The translations under genes were made by a program, and so were the position numbers. Under the pieces are notes generated by a model. It was not told the origin of the DNA. It was given only the letters and a program-made list of their open reading frames with translations, and did no database searches. This document shows, in pieces, positions 1 to 13,150 of a DNA stretch of 64,000 nt. The first letter of the stretch is position 1, and each line of letters begins with the position of its first letter. The DNA is taken from positions 174,716,001 through 174,780,000 of the forward strand of contig OX597817.1 of the NCBI GenBank assembly GCA_951406725.2, given 5' to 3'. This DNA is from Octopus vulgaris. Its lineage: Eukaryota.

Positions 1-189
1 GAAGAAAGAGTGAGAGAAAGTTGTAGTGGAAGAGTACAGCAGGGTTCACCACCACCCCCTGCTGGAGCCTGGTGGAGCTTTAGGTGTTTTCGCTCAATAA
101 ACACTCACAATGCCCGGTCTGGGAATTGAAACCACGATCCTACAACCGCGAGTCCACTGCCCTAACCACTGGGCCATTGCACCTCCACA
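1..189 (-). mobile_element. tRNA-derived SINE (family C), 5' part, cut by the window edge
   Basis: The minus strand reads TGTGGAGGTGCAATGGCCCAGTGGTTAGGGCAG...GGTTTCAATTCCCAGACCGGG (Pol III A/B-box-like). The body aligns with the full copy at 36634-36950. Confidence 0.8.
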
Positions 190-302
190 GTATCTAATTT
201 ACAGTAGATGATTTACTACCAAATGTTGTTTATATTGTTAATGCATTTGTTTGCAAGATTCTTGATGTGAAAACTTATGTTGAAATGGATGTTGTTATTG
301 TT

Positions 303-484
303 GGGGGTGGTCATCTTATGTCCATTAAACGCATGCACTATTTATTTGATATTCACTTTTGTTTTATTAGAATAATTTTTTTTAGTTTATTTGTCCTTTT
401 AATAAACTAAAAAAATACTGCTAAAACTAAAGTGAAGATCAAATAAATAGTGCAAGTATTTAATGGGCAAAAAATGACCACCCC
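303..484. repeat. Long imperfect inverted repeat (fold-back)
   Basis: GGGGTGGTCATCTTATGTCCATTAAACGCATGCACTATTTATTTGATATTCAC at ~303 is the reverse complement of GTGAAGATCAAATAAATAGTGCAAGTATTTAATGGGCAAAAAATGACCACCCC ending at ~484. There is also an inner stem, TTTTTTTAGTTTATT/AATAAACTAAAAAAA. Confidence 0.85.
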
Positions 485-1451
485 TAAGTATAACATTATT
501 TATATCCATTATTCCATATCAAATGTTGCATTTAAGATTGATGTTTGTGATTCATGATTCAGCTACAAGCATTTTGTTTGTATATTTCTAAGCAGTGTTA
601 GATTATTTTTTCCTAAGGCCTTTTGACACTGTCAGAAGTAGTGATCATGCATTAAGTTATTGAAACTACATTGATATCTGGGAAGCAGCTGATGAGGGAA
701 GTTCCTTGATTGAGTTAAACATGTTTTCATTCTCATGTTAATGTCTCTGCTCATTGTTGCTCTTCTTAGATTATTTGGTTCCTCCATAGAGTGTGTTACA
801 GGTTTTAGATATAATGAGCTGTTTTGTTAATAGTTATCTTTTAAGGAGGTTGGAAAGTTGTTACATAATGTATATGAAGCAATAAGGAGTCTCCTGAATT
901 CCATTTTCTTTCTCTTGTATCTTTTATAAACTCCAAGAACATAAACGAATTCCTGAAGTGTGTATATATTTATACATATATTTATTTATTAAATACATAC
1001 AGACAGACAGACAAACACACATACACACACATGCATATGTCTATATATATGTATATGTATAAATATAGTATACATGTATAATGTGCGTACATGTGTGTCT
1101 GTTAGAAATGTACTAATAATTGATTTCTATTTGTTAATTTCTAAATTTCTAATTATGCTTTCAACTTGCTGTTTTCAAATTAGAGCAAATCCACTCACGA
1201 TTTATCAAAACACACACACACACACACACACACACATTGCACATGCATTCACACATAGACATGCACACAAACACCATGATGCACACTCACATGCATGTAC
1301 ATGCACAAGCACATGCATGCACATGAAAGTGCACAAACACACGTGCTCATGCATATTTGTATATAGTTATACATGGCTCAAAGAAAGGTGATAACAATAT
1401 ACAGAAATCTCAGCCATTTCTTACCAATACACAAGTTAACACTTGGTTGAA

Positions 1452-2978
<1,527 letters not shown>

Positions 2979-2979
2979 A

Positions 2980-3018
<39 letters not shown>

Positions 3019-3037
3019 TGTGTATTCATATATATGT

Positions 3038-3307
3038 CATCATCATCATCATCATCATCATTTAACGTCCGCTTTCCATGCTAGCATGGGTTGGATGGTT
3101 TAACTGGGGTCTGGGAAGCCCGAAGGCTGTACCAGGCCAGTCAGATCTGGCAGTGTTTCTACAGCTGGATGCCCTTCCTAACGGCAGCCACTCCGTGAGT
3201 GTAGTGGGTGCTTTTTATGTGCCACCGACACAGGTGCCAGACGAGGCTGGCAGACGGCCACGCTCGGATGGTGTTTTTTACGTGCCACCAGCATGGAGGC
3301 CAGTCGA
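3038..3307 (-). mobile_element. RTE LINE 3' UTR fragment with (GAT)n tail
   Basis: Reverse complement of the 57000-57258 tail (CCATGCTAGCATGGAAAGCGGACGTTAAA(TGA)n), with (TA)n-rich flanks on both sides. Confidence 0.88.
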
Positions 3308-3411
3308 TATATGTATATGTACATATATATATATATATACATACATATATACGTATATATATATATATGTATGTATATATATATATATATATATGTACAT
3401 ACATATATCAT

Positions 3412-3783
3412 ATAGGTGCAAAAGTGGGTGTGTGGTAAGTCCTTGCTTACCAACCACATGGTTCTGGGTTCAATCCTACTGCATGGCACCTTGGGCAAGT
3501 GTCTTCTACTATAGCCTCGGGCTGACCAAAGTCTTGTGAGTGGATTTGGTAGATGGAAAGTGAAAGAAGCCCATTGTGTATATATATATATATGTATGTG
3601 TGTGTGTTTGTGTGTCTGTGTTTGTCCCCCCCACCATCACTTGACAACTGATGTTGGTGTATTTGCATACCTGTAACTTAGCAGTTTGGCAAAAGGGACT
3701 GATAGAATAGCTTACAACTTAAAGGTGGTGCTCCAGTATGGCTGCAGTCAAGATGACTGAAACAAATAAAAGAATAAAAGAAT
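3412..3783 (+). mobile_element. tRNA-derived SINE family A with internal TA/TG microsatellite
   Basis: Head GTGTGTGGTAAG...GGTTCAATCC, CORE-like CCTTGGGCAAGTGTCTT, internal (TA)(TG) tract and tail GACTGAAACAA(AAGAATA). Matches 23682, 29773, 46793 and 62245. Confidence 0.88.
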
Positions 3784-4269
3784 TCATATATCACATAGAT
3801 GAAATATTGCTGAAAGTGAAGATATAAATTGTAGACAGAAAATTGCTTCTAAAGGAAGATTTTTTTCAAAGTATATTTATTCTCTGCTGAGACTGACTGA
3901 ATCATGCAGACAGCTTAAAATATATCAGAAAAAAAAGGAAAAAAAAATGAAACAAAATAAATAAGTCCAAAAAGATGGTGATTGCTTATTATCTGCTCTT
4001 TATTTAGTAACTAAATAAAATATACCTACATATAAACATACATATATATCTGCATATATATATAGGACTGTGTGCATATATATTTAGGTATATCTATGTG
4101 TGTGTGTATGTATACACACACACACACACTATATACATATGTGTGTATGTCTGTGTGTGCATATACTTGTATGTGTATATAATATACACTTACATGTATA
4201 TACACTCATATGTATACACATGAGTGTGTGTGAGTGTGAATGTGTGTGTATATGCACATATATATATCC

Positions 4270-4302
<33 letters not shown>

Positions 4303-4319
4303 TATATTTTATATATATA

Positions 4320-4371
<52 letters not shown>

Positions 4372-5487
4372 GGAGTTCATGAGTTTGTATGCCATGAGGA
4401 GAAGTAGAAATTGGATTTTGATTTTTACACAAGCATACACACACACAATCATGTGTGTGTGTGTGTGTGTGTGTCTGTATGTGCATGCCTGTATATGTGT
4501 GTGCATGTGTACATTTATTCAAAGTTTACCACAGGGTGCAATAGATGTAGATAAGTCCAGAATGATAATATGATCAATTGTTAAGTAAAGAAAATGATTA
4601 TAAAGAAAATCATTCAAGTATACATATTAAAAAAAATATTCACATACATTTACTTTTCCCTGGACATATTCATGCTTCTGGAAACATATGTATGTAACTG
4701 TATGCATACGATTTGGTACTTTCTTCAGAAAGTCGCAAAAGCGAAATTGTTCGAAGTATATATGTTTTATATAATTTTATTGTTTATAGAGTCTTGCAGC
4801 TAATATGAAGCATGACTAATCTGTTTCATAAACAAAGCTGAAATATCCCAAACTTTGAAAATCATCTCCTTTCCATCCATACATCACAGCAAAATGTTCT
4901 TTAAATCCTTTGATGTAATATTTAAAACACTGCTCAGGAGTTATGAGTTAATAAATATTTCTTAAAGATAAAAGTTTCTATGGCAACACACAGTTGTTCT
5001 TGTATGCTGTCATACAAACTTTCATCTGTTATTTTATTTCCTTGTTTCATTCATTAGACTATGGCCATGCTGGGGCACCACCTCAAAGGGTTTTAGTCTA
5101 AGATATCAAGCCCAGTACTTATTTTTTTAAGCCTAATACTAATCCTACCTATTTGAAGACTATGGAAATATTTAAACAACATTTCACTTAATTTTTTCTT
5201 CAATTTGATTGTTTTTCTTCTTAATTGGTATCCACCCTTGTTTTACTCTTAGTTGAAAAAGTCGAAAAGGCAGAAACTGGTACTAACCATTGCAAGATGT
5301 AATTCATGATAAAATTATTTTAGCATTTTCTTACCTTGTCTTATTTTCCTTATACAAATCAACTTGTGTGTCACTTTTCAACATTCTACATATATAAGAT
5401 ATATATATAAAGAGATAGATACATATATATATATATGTATGTATGTATATCTATGGATGTATATATATGTATATATTTGCGTGTGTT

Positions 5488-5529
<42 letters not shown>

Positions 5530-5625
5530 GAGCTAATTTCAACTATTTCCTGTAAAGTTTTTATCATGTATAGCTAGGTTGTCTGAAGTGAAATCAGAGA
5601 AATGTTTCTGTCTTATAATCATGAA

Positions 5626-5814
5626 GTAATACCAATTTCAGACACTGAATTCATGATATCTGTATCAGTAGACAAGCACTTTATTACCTTGTCTTGTGAT
5701 CGTGCATCTTATGGCTGCCTGCTTTTATAAGTTTTGTTACTGTACCCTTTTCAGTTTTAAGTTCTAGTCAGTCTCCAAACTACTTTGATTTTTATGCCAC
5801 CTGCTGGGTTAATA
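5626..5814 (-). repeat. Copy A of a 189-bp inverted duplication (partner 12585-12773)
   Basis: Ungapped reverse-complement alignment by eye, about 19 mismatches in 189 nt. Confidence 0.92.
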
Positions 5815-5918
5815 AAATATCAGTAGAAGTCTAATCACAAATAACTCAATGTGACTGTATATACATACCTCCATAAACATGCATACAAGTATGTTTGAAA
5901 AGTGTATGTCTGTGTATA

Positions 5919-6028
<110 letters not shown>

Positions 6029-6045
6029 TATGCATGTATGTATAT

Positions 6046-6635
6046 ATGTGGGTGAGTAAAAAATTATATGCACTGTTGTTTTTTCAATGTATTTATACCA
6101 AAGCAGGGGATAAGCAAGTCCCTCATTTTTCTACATAGTCTCCTTCCTTTCCAATGCGCTTGGTCCAGGGGTCCACAAGCGCTTGCATATTCCTTCCTTT
6201 TTGGTTGGTTGTGCAACCATTTATGCACCACTTTCTTCACATCTCCATGCATAGGAACTCGACAACCTTGTAAATCATCCTTGAGCAGTCCAAAGATATG
6301 ACAGTTGGAAGGGGTGAGATCTGGGCTGTAGGAAGGGTGTTCCAGCGCCTCAAAACCCAATTGCTTAATGGCCTCAAAGGTCTGAGTAGCTGTGTGTGGG
6401 CGTGCATTGTCAGGCAACAACAAAACTTTCTTTGACACTTGGCTTTGTTGTTTGGTGTAAATTGCTGGCTCCAGTTTGTTGGCCAGCAAACCACTGTACT
6501 TTGCACTGTTCATTGTACACTGCTTTTCCAGAGACATTGGATCAATGCTCTTTGTTCTTCTTTGCTGCACATTGCTACTGGAGCAGCCATACTTACTCTG
6601 TAAAGCCAGAAAGAAAAATGTCATGATCAAACTCA
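6046..6635 (-). mobile_element. 5'-truncated mariner transposase remnant with one TIR-like end
   Basis: LLPDNARPHT and LEHPSYSPDLTPSN match mariner DNARPH / HPPYSPDLAPSD. A frameshifted C-terminus reads EGDYVEK*. TIR-like TGTGGGTGAGTAAAAAATTAT at ~6046. Confidence 0.88.
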
Positions 6636-6706
6636 GACTTTCTTTCTTTCTTTCCTTTCTTTCTTTCTATTTATCCATCTATCTATCCATCTATCCATCC
6701 ATTCAA

Positions 6707-6760
<54 letters not shown>

Positions 6761-6782
6761 GTCTATCTATCTATATATCTAT

Positions 6783-7210
6783 TATCATCACCATCATCAT
6801 TGTTTGACATCCACTTTCCATGCTGGCATGGGTTAAATGATTTGACAGGAGCTGGCCAGGTAGAAGACTATATCAAGCTACTGTGTCAGTCTTGCCATGG
6901 TTTTTACAGCTGGGTGCCCTTCCTAACACCAACCACGCCACAGAGTGGACCAAGTGCTTTTTTACATGGCACCAGCACAGGTGAGGTCAGTTTTGGCATG
7001 GTTTTTACAGCTGGGTGCCCTTCGAAATGCCAACTGCTTCACAGTGTGGGCAGGATGCTTTTTACATGGCTTCAGCACTGGCAGGGTCACCAAGTAACTT
7101 GCAAGACAAAGATCTTTAAAAGGGGAGGGGGCATTAGAGGAGATGATTTTGTGTCAGATGATTGAAGGTTGGTGTGATAGAGAGACAGAGATGCAGAAAA
7201 AGGCGTCCTT
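6783..7210 (-). mobile_element. Diverged RTE-type 3' tail element
   Basis: (CAT)n followed by TTTCCATGCTGGCATGGG, GCTGGGTGCCCTTCCTAAC and GTGCTTTTTACATGGCACC motifs. Confidence 0.7.
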
Positions 7211-8616
7211 TTGACTTGGTTCCACAGCTCAGTACTTTTCCTAATGGCAACTGCTTTATCAGGTGTGCTTGTTGCATTTATCACGGTTCCAGCATAAGTG
7301 GGGTTGCCTTGTCCTCCGTGAGAGTAAAATGTCTTTGTTACTTTAAAATGTATGTATCCACTAAAAGCAACATGACTGAAAATGTGAATTGTGGAGGGAG
7401 AGAGAGAGGGAGAGAGAGAGAGAGAGAACAATGGCTGAAGAAGACATAGAACAAGTGTATAATGACAGAAACCAAGTAATTGGATTGATGGTGGGAGAGA
7501 GAAGAGGAGAGAGAGAGTAGTGAAGAATAATGGAAGTGGTCAATGGAAAGGATGGTAGCTATCAATAATTGGTGGCCTGTGTGAGAGTGAGTGATGACAG
7601 ACCTCATATGTCACAGAATTTGGTTGCTTTAGTTTTTGTTCTGCTGTTGTCAGCAAGATAATGACCAGTAATATAATGGGGTTTGATTCTATTAACTATC
7701 TGTCTTGTATCAAAGCTAGCATTGTGTCTCAAAATTTAAAAAATCCAAATAAAAAAATCAAATGCGCTAACAATAAATAAAATGGAAATTGAAAGATAAA
7801 ATTAATGATTTTCTTCTCATCATCATTATCAGCAGCAACATCATCATCATCATTGTCATCATCATCGTTATTGTTATTGTCATCCCTCTTATCATCATCA
7901 TCATCATCATCATCATCATAGTATCATCATCATCATTATGGTTGCCATCATCGGCACTTCCAAACTAATCACCACCATCATCAGTGTTGTTGTCGTTAAC
8001 GTCATCAACTTAATCTTAACCATCATCATCATCATCATCATCATCATATAATGATCAAATTGCTTAATTTAGAGTCTGATGCCATTAAATTCTATCATTA
8101 ACTTGCCCTTTCCTTCTTTCTTTTTCTCTCCCCCCTCTCTCTCTATCCCTTTTACTCTTTCGCACTCTCTTCGTAGTTTGTCCTTCTTCTTCTTCCTCTT
8201 CTAACCCACTCACTCTCTATTTCCACATCCTTTTCTCTTGCTTCCTCTCTCTATTTCCTCTTTTCACAAACTTCTCTTCCTCCCTCTTTTGCTTTTATTG
8301 TAATCCCCTCATTCTTAAGTATCTTAAATCTGTCATTCAGCCTTTTCCTCTTCCCTTCACTCACCACTTCTTTCCTCCTTCCCTCTTTGTTTCTGTCTCT
8401 ACCTCTCTGTCTATCTTTTCTGTTTCTATCTTTTCTGTTTCTGTCTCTCTCTCTTTTCTCCCTCTTCTTTCCATTCCTTAACAGATTTCTCTTCCTCTTC
8501 CTTGTTCTATTTTTTCTCACTTTTTCTCCCACTCATTTTCTTCCTTTGACTACATACATACATATATACATACACACAAACTTATGACACACACACACAC
8601 ACACACATATATATAC

Positions 8617-8663
<47 letters not shown>

Positions 8664-8740
8664 CATACGTACATACCTATGTGAGTATGTGTTGCATTCT
8701 TCACTATGTATGTGTGTGTGTGTATAGACATCCAGATTTA

Positions 8741-8798
<58 letters not shown>

Positions 8799-8868
8799 AT
8801 ACATACATATATATTTATATATAGACATATGCATACATACATACATACATACATATATACATACATAC

Positions 8869-8912
<44 letters not shown>

Positions 8913-9356
8913 GTATAGACGTCTAGATATAAATAGACAAACACACATATGTATATGTGTATATATACATAAGACCTCCTATCGACCAAAATAATTAACC
9001 GTGTCTGAACTCTTCTGACCAAGTTACTTCTCATTACACCAAACTCCATCCCACACAACTCCACACCTATCTCCAATATTCCTTGCTGTCAGTCTGTGAT
9101 GGTTCCTTTCTTGTTCTCTTTCATTTTCCCCCTCTCCTTTGCTTCATTTCCACCCCATCCATTCTCTTCCTCATTCAATATGATACTAAAACCATCATAC
9201 ACAACGGACAATGTTGATTTAGTTACCTAAACAACAAAATAAAGATTGTCTTCATTATCACCTTTATCAGACAACCGCCCACTATTTAAACACTAGAGAT
9301 ATCATCCTTGACGTTACAGACCTTGGTTTTTTCCATCGTCATTATCAAGAACAAAA

Positions 9357-9575
9357 CGGCGATGAGCTGGCAGAATAGTTAGCACACTGGATATAATGCT
9401 TCGTAGCATTTCTTTTAGCTCTTAATGTTCAGGGTTCAAGTTCTGCCAAGGTCAACTTTGTCTTTCCTCCTCTCAAATTCTGAAAAATAAGTACCAGTTG
9501 AATAATGGAGTTGAAGTTATTGATTAGTCCCCTATCTTAAAATTTCAAACTTTGTGCCTATAGTAGAAAGAATTA
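9357..9575 (+). mobile_element. SINE family B
   Basis: GAGCTGGCAGAATAGTTAGCAC...GGTTCAAGTTC...AAGTACCAGTT...GTGCCTATAGTAGAAAG. Confidence 0.75.
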
Positions 9576-9719
9576 ATGACCTTAGGATGTTGAACTTTTC
9601 AGGAAAGGTGACAAAGGACTGAGATGGCTGATTTCTTGCTGTACTCAAGTACACCTGTGCTCCACAGCAGAAGTGTTGAGGCTGGTCCCCCTAGTGGAGA
9701 GAATTGGCCTGCAAGAGTT

Positions 9720-10198
9720 CTGTGCAGGTGCCGCATTAAAAGCACTCATGCTGTTGCCACATAAAAGTGCCTGTTGGGTGTCATGTAAAAGCACCTGTGT
9801 GGCATTAAACTAAAGCACCCTTATGGTGCTATGTAAAAGCACCTGTGTGGTGCCAGGTAAAAAGCTCTCATGCTTGTTTCTTGTAAAAGTGCCTGTGTGG
9901 TGTCATATAAAAGCACCTGTGTGACACTAAGCAAAAGCACCCTTATGGTGCCATGTAAAAGCACCTCTGTAGTGCTATGTAAAAGTACCTGTGTGATGAC
10001 AAATAAAAGCACCCATGCGATGCAATGTAAAAGCATCCAGCACACTCTCTAAAGTTATTGGCGTTAGGAAGGGCATCTGGTCATAGAAACCTTGCCATAT
10101 CGGACTGGAGCCTGGTGCAGCTCTGCAGCTTACCAGCTCTGGTTAAACTGTTCAGCCCATGGACAATGGGTGTTAAATGATCATGACAATGATGATAT
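9720..10198 (+). mobile_element. RTE-type 3' tail carrying a ~24-bp degenerate tandem array
   Basis: About 13-14 units of GTGGTGCCATGTAAAAGCACC, followed by the GGCGTTAGGAAGGGCATC...TGTTAAATGA tail. Confidence 0.8.
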
Positions 10199-10201
10199 AT
10201 T

Positions 10202-10319
<118 letters not shown>

Positions 10320-10329
10320 TCAATATCAT

Positions 10330-10655
10330 TATTATCATCATCATCATTTAATGTCCGTTTTCTATGCTGGAATTGGTTGGATGGTTTGACTGGAGACTGG
10401 CAAGCCAGTAGACTGTGCCAGACTCTAATCTGATCCAGCAAAGTCTCTACAGCTTTGATGCCCTTCCTAATGCCGACCACTCCAAGAGTATAGTCGGTGC
10501 TTTTCATGTGCCACTGGCACAGGAGCCAGTCAGGCGACACTGGCATCAACCATTTTCAGATGGTGCTTTTTACATTCCACTGGCACAGGAGCTAGTTGGG
10601 AGGGAGAAGGGGACTGGCATTGATCACATCCAGATTGTGCTTTTTGTGCCACATG
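10330..10655 (-). mobile_element. RTE 3' UTR fragment
   Basis: (CAT)n, GATGCCCTTCCTAATGCCGACCACTCC and three GGTGCTTTTT...GTGCCAC units. Confidence 0.8.
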
Positions 10656-11404
10656 TACATATATATATATATATATAGATACATACATACATATATATAC
10701 AGACATACATATATATATTTATACACACACACATATATGCATGTTTGAACAGACACACATACTGTATAATAAAACTATGTGAATTAAAAAATATGTGCAC
10801 ATAACACCCACCCCCACCCCCAATATAAAGCTTAAGTTAATCATTTATTAATTATAGACATATGTAATTACAGGATATATGAACAAATTATCTGTTATTT
10901 ATGTACTTTCTTACATACCTGCATGTATATACATATAACAAACTCATACAAAAATGTGTACATCTTACGTGTACATCAATTATGGAGCATGGTGACACGT
11001 GACACATTTTAGTCACATAAACTTGTGCCTATAACAGGCATATCCACCCCCTTAATTAGGTAATCATAATTACATACTCACAATTGTTATTTAATACACA
11101 ATTTCACCTGCACGCCCACTGAAACATGCATCTATACAAAGCACACTCAAAAACATACACACATTCATTCAGGCATACATACACATACATGCATACATAC
11201 ATACATACATATATATATATATGTATGTGTTTCTCTGTCTGTCTTTGTCTCTGTCTCTCTGTCTCTGTCTCTCTGTCTCTCTCTTTCTATATATATATAT
11301 ATATATATTGATATATAATTGTAAGATCTAACAATCTAGGTGTCGGAATTTAGTCAACTTCAAGCAGTCTGTTGTAAGTGTAAAAGAAAACAACTTTCAG
11401 AAAA

Positions 11405-11927
11405 ATAATGATTTATTCTTTTCTACTGTAGGCACAAAGCCCGAAATTTTGGGGGAGTGGGGACAGTCGATTAGATTGACCCCAGTATGCAACTGGTACT
11501 TGATTTATCAATCCTGAATGGATGAAAAGGAAAGTCGACCACGACAGAATTTGAACTCAGAATGTAAAAACATACAAAATACTGCTAAGCAACTTGCCCA
11601 GCATGCTAATGTTTCTTATTTCTTTATTGCCCACATGGAGGGGACAAACAAGGACAGACAAGGGGATTAAGTCAATTACATCGACCCCAGTGCATAACTG
11701 GTACTTAATTTATCGACCCTGAAAGGATGAAAGGCAAAGTCGACCTCAGCGGAGTTTGAACTCAAAACGAAATACCGCTAAGCATTTCACCTGGTGTGCT
11801 AATGTTTCTGCCAGCTTACTGCCTTATGCTGACATGCTTATGCAGCCTGCTGACGTTTCTGCCAGCTTAGTGCCTTATGCTGACATGCTTATGCAGCCTG
11901 CTGACGTTTCTGCCAGCTCACCACCTT
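11405..11927 (-). mobile_element. Two tandem SINE family B copies; the second has a 51-bp head duplication
   Basis: Both contain GGATGAAAGGCAAAGTCGACC...TTTGAACTCA. The 51-bp unit is repeated 2.5 times at 11797-11927. Confidence 0.85.
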
Positions 11928-12304
11928 GGGAACAATAGTAATTTATTGATATCAAAGGCTGTAGGCTTCACCCATATCAAAGTTTGATATATATATATAT
12001 ATAATAATAATAACAATAATAATAATAATGAGAGTATTGTATACAGTGCTCAGGTGCACCACAACTTGTCAAAAGTTTTATATATATATATAAATATATA
12101 TTTATATATATAAAAATACCTACATACTTGCATAAATGTACCCAAGATACACTTTCAGCTTCATACCTATTATTTTTGGAGCAGCAGAATATGTACAATC
12201 CTGCCTGGAGCAAAACATGGCTGAACTTGGGTTCTTGAGGATAGAATGCAACTCTCCTAATTCAGATGCAATAATTGATCATGATATTTGGGACTATAGA
12301 AATC

Positions 12305-12343
<39 letters not shown>

Positions 12344-12389
12344 CTCCTCCTGTTTTCTTGTTCTTGTTGTAGTTCTTTTTTTTTATTAA

Positions 12390-12584
12390 CCCTTTCGTTA
12401 CCGTATTTATTTTGAGATGCTTTGTGTTTCTTCTAATTAATTTTAACTAAGTAAAATAACTTAGTTATTATGAAGCTAGTAGTGTTAGGAACAAATTGTG
12501 ACTAAGGTTTGGTGGAAGATTTTAATTCAAAACTTATGAAAACGAGATGTACTACAGAGCCAGAGGCGGTTTCAGGTGGATTGA
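12390..12584. mobile_element. TTAA-type (piggyBac-like) MITE, one end lost
   Basis: Starts TTAA|CCCTTTCGTTACC. Homologous in inverse orientation to decayed copies at ~19512-19737 and ~23150-23360. Confidence 0.7.
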
Positions 12585-12773
12585 TATTGACCCAGCAGGT
12601 GAAATGAAAATCAAAGTAGTTTGGAGACTGACCAGGACTTAGAACTGAAAAAGGTACAGTAACAAAACTTATAAAAGCAAGCAGCCATAAGATGTATGAT
12701 CACATGACAAGGTAATAAAGTGCTTGTCTGCTGAGGCAGATATCATGAAGTCAGTGCCTGAAATTAATATTAC
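12585..12773 (+). repeat. Copy B of the 189-bp inverted duplication
   Basis: See 5626-5814. Confidence 0.92.
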
Positions 12774-13150
12774 ATGTACATACATACATCACACATACAT
12801 ACATACGTACATACATATGTACATACATACATACAGACAGACATACATCACACATACATACATGCATACATACATGCATACATACATACATACATACATA
12901 CATACATACATACATACATACATACATACATACAGGCATACATACACACATACATACATACATACATACATACATTCATACATACATACATACATACATA
13001 CATACATACATACATACATACATACATACATACGTACATACATATGTACATACATACATACAGACAGACATACATCACACATACATACATAAATACATAC
13101 ATACATAAATACATACATACATACATACAGACAGACAGACATGCATACAT
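12774..13150 (+). repeat. (TACA)n tetranucleotide array
   Basis: Directly visible, with an internally duplicated variant block. Confidence 0.95.

Noticed and set aside
12136-12372. Non-repetitive 78-aa ORF or possible exon
   Set aside because: No recognisable homology or donor site. It runs into (TA)n, and all minus-strand frames after the candidate acceptor contain stops.
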